A model generated the notes under the pieces. The model did not search any database, was not told the origin of the DNA, and was given only the letters and a program-made list of their open reading frames with translations. The position numbers and the translations under genes are program-made. This document shows positions 34,995 through 43,600 of a DNA stretch of 64,000 nucleotides, piece by piece. The stretch covers positions 18,244 to 82,243 of the forward strand of contig CAZYZS010000004.1 of the NCBI GenBank assembly GCA_964651965.1. Direction: 5' to 3'. Source of the DNA: Candidatus Woesearchaeota archaeon. Its GTDB lineage: Archaea; Nanobdellota; Nanobdellia; Pacearchaeales; GW2011-AR1. How positions within the stretch are numbered: the first letter of the stretch is position 1; each line of letters starts with the position of its first letter.

Positions 34995-37716
34995 CAATTT
35001 CTATGTCCAGTCTTTCCAGACCTTCGATAAATCTCTTGGTGATTCTGGCTACAATATTATTATCAACGTCATAGAGTTCTAGGTATTCTCCTTCTTCGAT
35101 TGAGGTTTTCTCTAGGCTTACTGGGCTTCTTATCCCGCAGCTTTCTGAGTAGACAAAATCAGACATGCATCCTGAATAGTCTCTGCATAATCTGGTTTTT
35201 GTTCCGGAGGTTACTTTTCCCAAGGACATACTGCTTACATTATACCCTACTCTGCATTCTGACCATTCTTCGCAGATAAAGGAGGGTATACAATCTTCTT
35301 CTTTTATTTGTACAGTGTAATCTTTTAAATCTTGTAACTTCTTTATTGGTGTTTCTTCATTTAGTGCAGTGCCTCCTGAAGACCAGGAATAAAGAGAAAA
35401 TCCTCCCTGATTGTTCAATTCCAACATATCTTGAATGCTTTCCAACTCGAGGTCATCTACTTTTCCTATGCTGAAGATGGATTCGCGGCTATACCTTCCA
35501 TCTTGCCATTTTACCATAGGATTGAGTGTTAAAGAAGTGTTTTTAATCTCTCCCAATATCTGTGCATTTTTCTTGTAGACAAAGTCTCCGACATTGAAAG
35601 AAGAATACAAATAAAGGAATACTAATGAGAAAATCAAGAGAGCAACGAGAAGAACTGGAACAAGAATTACTCCCTTAATCTTTAATCTTTTTTCAGCAAT
35701 CCTATAAGTTTTGTTCAGTATATAGAGCAGGAGAATTACTATCAGTATTAATAAGCTATACCTCGTCTTTTGATGAGGCGGGGTTGGTTTTCCAGGCTCA
35801 CACGCCCATGGACAAGGGCCCCCGCAATCTATTCCTTCTTCTCCCTGGTTTTGTATTTCATCAGAGCAGGTAGGGCAAGGATCGCAAGGCCCTCCGCAGT
35901 CTATCAGAAGCTCGCACTCTCCATGATGGCAATTTTTTACACCATCCTTGCAATTCGGATTTTTAACGTAATGGCAGACCTGGGTTTCTATTTTTTCTGT
36001 TTGTTTTCTTGGACACTTGTTTACATCTTTGCACAGCCTATTCTGGAATCCACAGGAATAGTCGTCTAGCCCTAATTTTGAGCAGTTCTCTTTCATCTCT
36101 CTGTATTCCTCTCCCGATAAGTTTCCTTTTTCTAGATTTTCCCTTAAGCTATAACAATAACCCCAATCCTCACAGCCCCATTTTTGAACACAATACTCTT
36201 TGGTACTGCCACCACCACCTACCTCGACACATTTTTGTTCAGTTACAGTTATATTCCACTGGCGGCTATCTTGGAGAAGCCCATCGGTTACTATGACTTT
36301 TACAGTATGTCTCCCTGAAACTTCGCAGGGAAAAGTGTACCTGAATTCATCTAAATAGGAGCCTGAGTCGCGCTCTTGGAGTACATCATCAACATACCAG
36401 TAGGCGTCTGGTATTGTTCCGTCAGGGTCGTAGGTTGTCACATTAAACATAAGGGGAATCGTGCCTTTTGTTGTAAAAGTGAGTTCGATTGGAAAATGAG
36501 AGGTAATGTTAGGGGGCCTATTATCATTAGTTATTGTTAAGCTGAAGTTTTTGCAAGTTGAAAGATTTAACCCTGTTTCGTTGCATAGGCTCGCGTTTTC
36601 GTGAGGTCTTTGAAGCCCGAGGTCAGTAACGCAGAGGGTTATGTTATTCACGCTCGGAGTAGTAGTGTTGGATGTGTAGTTAATTATTCCATCTTGGCTT
36701 ATGTTGAACAGGTGTTCTCCTGAGAAATTTATACTCCAGCTGAGATTTCCTGATGTGAAACTTCCGTCTTCTACATCATCTGCTTTTAGCTCGTAGTAAA
36801 ATGTGGAATTTTCCCCTCTACTATAAATTGTCTGAACTCCTGGATAGGTTGTAAAATTAGGAGGGGTGTTTACTTCAATTACTGTAATGTAGACTGTTTT
36901 TGTGCTTAGACAAATAGGGTTTGAAGGATTACACCCTCCTCCTGTGTGGTATGCTAGAAGATTATACCTGTGCATGCCAGAACCGTTATTTATTCCTCCA
37001 AGATAACTCTGGTTTAAAAAATAAGAGATTATTTCATAAGCCCAAGTTGTATAATTAACTGGGTAGCTGAAGTTGGAAGAATTTCCTATATAGAAAGGGT
37101 TTCCGAATATCCTCCTGCTGTCAGATGTTGGTGTAAAGATTACTGTTAAATATTGTTCGTCTAAACTTGTTATATTAAAGAAATAGGAAAAGGAAGAATT
37201 TTGGCAGGCATAGATATAATTGGGTATGGAAATTATTGGCACGCTGTTATTGACATTAACAAAAAACTCCACACTTGCATTGACTGTGTAGCCAGTGGAG
37301 TTGTTGGCATAGACTACCATTTTGTTCTCCCATCTAACAGCTGTAAAGTTGGTATTGGGCCAGAAAGTTTGATTTTCTCTGACTGTTATGTTGTGTCTTA
37401 AATCATATAAATTATACCACCATCTGTTAACATCAAAGTTAGAAGTGGTGTTAAGATCGATTATTAAAGGAGCGTAGGAACTGAAATTATAGGTGATATT
37501 CTCAGGAGAAATTATCGTGATATTTGGAACTAGGGGTATTAAAGTTATGTTCATATGGAAAGAAGTTGTTGTTGCTTTTCCACTAACGCTCTCACCAGTC
37601 ACACTTTTTCCTGTAGCAGATACCTTTCCAACAGAGTTATTTCCAATAGCCTGTATGCCTGAAATAAATATTATCAATAAAGCAACAGCTACTACTAGCA
37701 TACCTACTTTTTTCAT
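34981..37716 (-). CDS. Large surface protein (911 aa) with dense N-glycosylation sequons and Cys-rich modules
   Basis: N-terminal signal/TM and many N-x-S/T sequons. It has a Cys-rich region with repeated CGGPC (CGGPCDPCPTC...CGGPCPWAC), two TM segments, and a further Cys-containing C-terminal domain. Confidence 0.6.
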   Translation of the reverse strand: MKKVGMLVVAVALLIIFISGIQAIGNNSVGKVSATGKSVTGESVSGKATTTSFHMNITLIPLVPNITIISPENITYNFSSYAPLIIDLNTTSNFDVNRWWYNLYDLRHNITVRENQTFWPNTNFTAVRWENKMVVYANNSTGYTVNASVEFFVNVNNSVPIISIPNYIYACQNSSFSYFFNITSLDEQYLTVIFTPTSDSRRIFGNPFYIGNSSNFSYPVNYTTWAYEIISYFLNQSYLGGINNGSGMHRYNLLAYHTGGGCNPSNPICLSTKTVYITVIEVNTPPNFTTYPGVQTIYSRGENSTFYYELKADDVEDGSFTSGNLSWSINFSGEHLFNISQDGIINYTSNTTTPSVNNITLCVTDLGLQRPHENASLCNETGLNLSTCKNFSLTITNDNRPPNITSHFPIELTFTTKGTIPLMFNVTTYDPDGTIPDAYWYVDDVLQERDSGSYLDEFRYTFPCEVSGRHTVKVIVTDGLLQDSRQWNITVTEQKCVEVGGGGSTKEYCVQKWGCEDWGYCYSLRENLEKGNLSGEEYREMKENCSKLGLDDYSCGFQNRLCKDVNKCPRKQTEKIETQVCHYVKNPNCKDGVKNCHHGECELLIDCGGPCDPCPTCSDEIQNQGEEGIDCGGPCPWACEPGKPTPPHQKTRYSLLILIVILLLYILNKTYRIAEKRLKIKGVILVPVLLVALLIFSLVFLYLYSSFNVGDFVYKKNAQILGEIKNTSLTLNPMVKWQDGRYSRESIFSIGKVDDLELESIQDMLELNNQGGFSLYSWSSGGTALNEETPIKKLQDLKDYTVQIKEEDCIPSFICEEWSECRVGYNVSSMSLGKVTSGTKTRLCRDYSGCMSDFVYSESCGIRSPVSLEKTSIEEGEYLELYDVDNNIVARITKRFIEGLERLDIEIVTGE

Positions 37717-37779
37717 TACTAAAAGAGAAGAAACAGCTATTTAAAACTTGTCAAATACTGAAGGTTGTTCGAAACAAGT

Positions 37780-38322
37780 TTACTTTTTTATCCTTTTCTT
37801 TACCAGGACAATCAAGATAACTGATATTATAATTATTGCCAAGCCAAGGAAGATTAGTGCTCCTGTAACATCAGCTTCTTCTGCAATCTCTTCTGTTGGT
37901 ACCCCTTTTTCAACTATCAAGACGTCAATGTTAGAGCCTGTTAAAAAGACTATTCCCATTCCTCCTGTTTCTGTTGCTTGTGGGATAAATCTTAACTCTA
38001 CTCTATACATGTCTCCTACTTCAGCGTCTGGAGGGGCTGTAAATGAAAGATTCACCTGAACTGGTTGGTGGTAGGGAACAACAAAATTGTCTAAACCATC
38101 AGTCATCTTTGCAACTTTTACCTCTTGGGTCATTTCTGCTACTGCTATTATTGGATTAGGGTCGTTATTGTTCTGGAGAGTTACATAGATGTTTCTTGTC
38201 TGTCCGGGATAGAGCTTAAGCGGACGGTCAAATATATAGGAAGTTCCAAATGCAGAAACAAAGTTTCCTAATAAAGTCAGCGCTAGCAAAATTCCTGTTA
38301 TAAAGAGTGTTTTATTTTTCAT
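37780..38322 (-). CDS. Secreted protein with a C-terminal TM anchor (180 aa)
   Basis: The start at ATG 38322 (MKNKTLFITGILLALTLL) is preferred, as it lies 5 nt after the upstream stop. The C-terminus is GALIFLGLAIIIISVILIVLVKKRIKK. Confidence 0.5.
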   Translation of the reverse strand: MKNKTLFITGILLALTLLGNFVSAFGTSYIFDRPLKLYPGQTRNIYVTLQNNNDPNPIIAVAEMTQEVKVAKMTDGLDNFVVPYHQPVQVNLSFTAPPDAEVGDMYRVELRFIPQATETGGMGIVFLTGSNIDVLIVEKGVPTEEIAEEADVTGALIFLGLAIIIISVILIVLVKKRIKK

Positions 38323-38327
38323 TTTTA

Positions 38328-39263
38328 TTATAACATATCGGCTTCCCATTGACCTTCATCGACTGTTGAGTAGGCTTGTGTTGATAAATTGGAATGAAGA
38401 TAGAGCAAGCAAAAATAAAGCTTTTCTTGTCCTTCATTTCCATTATTTTTGGTATAATTTCCTTTAGTTAGATTAGCCACCATAACTTGTATAAATTCGC
38501 CCGCCATCATTCTAGCTGTATTGTTGCATTCTGTTGGTGGAGAACCTCCTGTATTCCAGTGTACTGAGAAATTGCCAGCATATATTAGTTCGGTGTTATC
38601 TGTTTCTCCTCTAAGATGAGTGGCATTAAGTGTTATGTTTGCAGAGGGAAAATTTCCACTATTATTTAATAGGAGAGGATCGTTGGTGGAAGTGCTGTTC
38701 CATGCTCCAGGAGAGACTCCTGACCACGTTAAAAGAGAAGGGCCACCTAGAACTGATTGCTGTTCTCCAACGTCTTGTATCTGCGTTGTATTGATTGCTG
38801 CGTTAGAAGCGTTATCTTTTATATAGGCATTTATAGTCCAGGTATCATTTGCATCCCACCACCACATGGTTACATTGCAGGTAAAATTAGCATAGTCTCC
38901 TTCATAGTCTGTGACTTTGCAGCTGGCATTTGTTCTTGTATCTTCGTTTGTGAAACTAAGGTTGACTTTGGCTGTGCTTAGATTAAGATTTTCTACCCCA
39001 ACTGGGATATACACAGTAAAGTTTATAATAGCCTCGCTGTAGTCAGGGCCTTCGTTTATTGTAACTGCATCGGTTTGGTTATAAACTGTTATTATTTCTG
39101 GGCCGCCTACTGTTATGTTCAAATCAAATGGGACTGTTGTTGCTTTGCCTGTTATTGTTTTTTTAACCCAGTCAAACCAGCTTGCTGAAACTAGCGATAA
39201 AAGTAAAATTCCCATTACTCCTAGAATTAATATAAGGCTCTTTATTTTACCCTCTCTTTTCAT
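38328..39263 (-). CDS. Secreted protein (311 aa), paralogous to the membrane-proximal ectodomain of the 1808-aa giant
   Basis: ITVYNQTDAVTINEGPDYS, GDYANFTCNVTMWWWDANDTWT and VGEQQS align with ITVYNQSLAVTINEGPDPS, GDYANYTCNITMWWWDVNDTWT and VGEQLS in ORF 47036..52462. Confidence 0.6.
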   Translation of the reverse strand: MKREGKIKSLILILGVMGILLLSLVSASWFDWVKKTITGKATTVPFDLNITVGGPEIITVYNQTDAVTINEGPDYSEAIINFTVYIPVGVENLNLSTAKVNLSFTNEDTRTNASCKVTDYEGDYANFTCNVTMWWWDANDTWTINAYIKDNASNAAINTTQIQDVGEQQSVLGGPSLLTWSGVSPGAWNSTSTNDPLLLNNSGNFPSANITLNATHLRGETDNTELIYAGNFSVHWNTGGSPPTECNNTARMMAGEFIQVMVANLTKGNYTKNNGNEGQEKLYFCLLYLHSNLSTQAYSTVDEGQWEADML

Positions 39264-39300
39264 TTTAGACTAAAGATGGTGGGGCTTTTAAAACTTTCTT

Positions 39301-40161
39301 TCAGCTAAATTTTATCTTAAAATAAGCATAAGGCTTTTCAGAAACGTAAGTTCCACTCAAGTCGGGGAGTTTTATTGTACCTACCCCGCTCCCTTCTTCA
39401 ATAAGCTTTTTAATATCATATTCAGGGTAGCTTTCAGACGGGTTGTCAGGATTGTATTGCTGGATAATTAGTGTTTGTGAGCCGAAGTCATAACCTTCAA
39501 GAGGCAGGGATATCCTTAATTCGTTAGGGGAATTTATCTTTATATCTTTTCCAGATTGGGAAACTAGGCACAATTCTAAATAAACTTCTGTTTTGCTTTC
39601 AGCCGGTCTAACATCAGCATCTAACTCGTAACCTTCTACTTTTGAAATTATTTTTGATGCAATTCCTGAAGGGTCAAACATTGCATAATATTTACTGTCG
39701 TAATAATCAGTTCCTTCTGATGCTCCAGCATAGTGGGCTAGGCCTAAATTGCTGCTAGTGTAGCTTCTGCTTATTAAGTTATCAATTTCCAAGGAGCCCT
39801 TTACATCGCTGTTTTCTCCAGAAAGGTTAAGACTGCTTTCTCCGCTACCTCCACTTCCTCCTCCACTCCCTCCACTCCCTCCGCCTTCCCAACCACCTTC
39901 ATTCCCGCTACTTTCTTCTACATTGTCTTTAGAGGGCTCTGCTATGTCGCCCATTGCTTCTTGGGCTTTAGCTAGGGGACTTATGCTCCCTAATTCGCCT
40001 TGTTCAGAGGAAGTTGACTCGGGTGAAACTATTTTCTTGAAATCTGGGCCCATTGAAGTTAAGACAACTATTATAATAGCTGCAAAAACAACAAAGATGG
40101 AAATTGCCAGAAATAAGATTAATTTTTTATGGCTTTTTTCCTCTTTTTTAATTTCTTCCAT
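39301..40161 (-). CDS. Membrane-anchored protein with a Gly/Ser linker (286 aa), unknown function
   Basis: N-terminal TM LILFLAISIFVVFAAIIIVVL, and the linker GGWEGGGSGGSGGGSGGSGESS. Confidence 0.5.
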   Translation of the reverse strand: MEEIKKEEKSHKKLILFLAISIFVVFAAIIIVVLTSMGPDFKKIVSPESTSSEQGELGSISPLAKAQEAMGDIAEPSKDNVEESSGNEGGWEGGGSGGSGGGSGGSGESSLNLSGENSDVKGSLEIDNLISRSYTSSNLGLAHYAGASEGTDYYDSKYYAMFDPSGIASKIISKVEGYELDADVRPAESKTEVYLELCLVSQSGKDIKINSPNELRISLPLEGYDFGSQTLIIQQYNPDNPSESYPEYDIKKLIEEGSGVGTIKLPDLSGTYVSEKPYAYFKIKFS

Positions 40162-40625
40162 CTATATTAATAAGAAATCTTATTTATAAACTTTGTTAGC
40201 CTCCAAAAAACTTTACTTTTGATTATAAATCACCTCTATTACTTGCTTCAAAACCTCAGTGTTCGGTTTCCAAGAAATTCTCTTTTGAGAATTTCAGGGC
40301 CCTAAAATTTCTTAAAGAAATTTTTTGGTTCCGCTAATAAAAATCAGAATATACCTTCAAATTATACATGTACGCAAATAAAAAGCGTCTAAGTAATATT
40401 CATATTATAGCAAACGCTTTTTATTTGGATTTGTGAGCATCGAACAAATCGAGTTAATTATCAGAAGCCGAAAGGCTAGCTTTATTTAAAAAGGAAGTTA
40501 AGAACTCTACAGGACTCCAAAAATACTTATATTTTGGACTTTTTTGACACAGGTAAACTTTAAAAAGTGCAAAGCCTAGATAATTTATATAGTAAGAGCA
40601 TTATATAGTAATATAAGCTGAGAGT

Positions 40626-43600
40626 ATGGGTCATAAAAGAGCGTTTAAAAAAGGGGCGAAGAAAAAGTCGGTTAAAAGAGTAAGAGCTGTGCTTTTTTTC
40701 TGTATTCTTGCTGCAGTTTTGATACTCCTTTTGCTCTATTTAAATTCTTCTAAAAATCCTAGCAGCGAGCAAGTTGAGAGCTACGGCCAGTTGGCGAACC
40801 TGCCTGCTTCCGGGAATCTTGCCCAGGTAAATGAAACAGAAGAAGCAGTTATAACAACTTTCCAGTCTACAGCTGTTATCGGGCAACCTGTAAAGTGGAC
40901 AAAACAAATAGTTCCAAAAGAAGAAGGCTCTTTGATAGTGGAAATCCCAAAACAAGCAGAAAACATAGACATCAACAAAGTAAAGGAAGATGCAGAGGCA
41001 AGCATAATAAGCGGAGAAGTAATAAAAGGCAGCAGCGAAGTTAAGGTCTCTTATTTAAAAAGCACTCTCAAAAAAATACTCGGACTTACAGGGAGGACAG
41101 TAGACGAGCAGTTTATAGAGATTAATATGAATATTGACGAGTCTGGTGCAGAGTATTATATAAAATACGAAACTCCGGCTCCAGAAGCAACTGAACTACT
41201 GCTTTCTGAAAACGAGAAAAAAATAATAATTTCAGCACCCGATCATTTAGGTTATAAAAATATTTTGGCTTTCACATCGCTCCCAAGAGAGGTTCCTTAC
41301 AATAACCTAAAGCTTTATCACGAAATAGATGGAATAAAAGAGAGGGTAGAGGCTAAAGGGTATGATAAAAATGAAAACGGGCTTATAGATTATATTGAAT
41401 GGAATGTTCCTCACTTGTCAAACCAGTCTTACTTGCTTGTAATCGAGATAAGCAAAGCAGAGCATCTGGATGAAAATAAAGAGTTTGTTTCTGACATTTA
41501 CAACGAGGTGGTTAAGCAGGATGGACTCTGGAGTGAGACGATAAGCAATAACGAGTATGTAAGAGCCACTTTTGAGCAAGCATTGGATAATTCAAGGGAT
41601 ATTACTTTATATGCAAGAGCTTCAGGAGAAGCAAGAATAGAGGTTTATATTTCAGGCACAGACGCAAAAATTGCTGAATTTGAAAGTATTGCAGGGGAGA
41701 ACACTTACAAAGTTTATTTAACTGAAATTCCTGATGGAAAGAGTTATGAAACTTTTGATTTGAAGGTAATTGGAGCAGTTGAACTAGATTATATTGTAGA
41801 CCCTAGTTCTTACTGCTACAATAATCCTGGAGCTTCTACTTGTGATAGTTTTGATAGCAATCAGGCAGGATGCGGAGCAACAGCAAGTGACCCTCAGTAT
41901 GGATGTGCTTGGGAGGCATGCAACGGAACAGCAACTGCTTGTTCTGGGTTATCGCAAAGCAGCTGTGGAGCAACTGTAAATGACCCTCAATATGGATGTA
42001 GCTGGGTGGGATGCAATGGAAGTGTTTTGTTATGTGAAGATTCTTTGTTTGATAATAATAAAGTTGAGTGTTTAGATCAGTATGGGTGTTATTGGGATGG
42101 ATGTTCTGGAAGCGCAGATTATTGCAGTTCCTTTACAGATGTAAGCTGCAATAATCAGGGAGGTTGCAATTGGGATGCTTGCAGTGGGTCTACGCCCGAT
42201 TGCGATAGTCATACTGGGATTTCGAACCAAGCAGCTTGCTCAGCTGCAGGCTGTGATAACCTTGGTTCTCCTGACTATGTATGTTATGGGGCGCATAACA
42301 GTTGTGATTCTTATGACAGCTATGATGAAAGTGAAAAATCTAATTGTGAACTTGTTGGATGCTCTTGGAGCGGATGCACTGGAACTGCCTATACTTGCAA
42401 TGGGGCTGAGCTAAATGATAATAAAAATGGATGTTTGGACCAGGGTGGATGCCATTGGGAAGGATGCTATAATAATCCAGGAGCTACTGCCTGTAGCTCA
42501 GTAACTCAACTACACTGTAATAGCCAAGGAGGTTGCAGCTGGACAGGGTGCTCTGGAACAGCCACTACTTGCAACGGTCTAGACAGCAGTCAGTCACAGT
42601 GTAATGGCCAGCTAGGTTGTTCATGGTCTGCATGCAACGGAACAGCAACTGCATGTTATAATCTTAACACTAGCTATAGCAGCTGCACTAATCAAGCAGG
42701 ATGCTCTTATCAATATAACGATGTATGTTCGGGAGTGGATATAAGCGCTTCTGGAACAGGATGCGGGGGAAATCATGAGATAGGCACTGCAATTACTTTA
42801 ACTTACAATGCAAGCTGCCAATCAGACCCTCTATCCACTATGTCGTACACGAATTTAGGAGTTTACGAAGGACTTTCAACACTATTAGAATGCAATAATT
42901 TCTTGTCTACTGGAGATTGTAGTTCTACTGCAAATTATAATCAGGAAGTTAATTGGACTCCTGGAGATTCGGTTGGGGCCACCAGTTATTATGCTTCCTG
43001 CTATGCAGGGCCTGTAGCTTCTGAATCTTGTGCTGAGCAAGGCGAAGAAGAATGTGTAATAACATGGAGAGATACAGTTAATCCTACAATCAATATATTA
43101 TCTTCGCCATCTGCTAATTATGTGTGTAGTGGAAGTTACGAATTTAGTGCTTATGTTTGGGATTTAGATTTGTATGAATGGTTTTTTACAGGAGGTCCTT
43201 CTACGTGTAGTGGTGGTGGAGGGGCTTGCCCAAGTAACATTTGCACAGTTTCATGTAGTGGTCTTGGTGCTGGAACTTACAGCCAGCACTGGTCTGCATC
43301 AGATAACAGCTTTAATGATAATGATACTTATCCTTCATTTACAATCAATAAAGCAACACCAACTGGAAGCTTGAGTGTTTCTACTGCTACACTTTGGGAT
43401 CATAGTGATTCTTGGGGCATAAATAATGGTACAGAATTCACGATAGGTGTTACAGAAAGTAATTGTGGAGATGGTGATGTAGTATATAAAATATGGAGGA
43501 AAAAAGTAGGAGAATCCAGTTGGGTAGATGTTGGAAGCGGAGAGACTTGGACACCTACTAGAGGAAGTTATACCTATGTTTTAAATACAACTGGAGGGCA

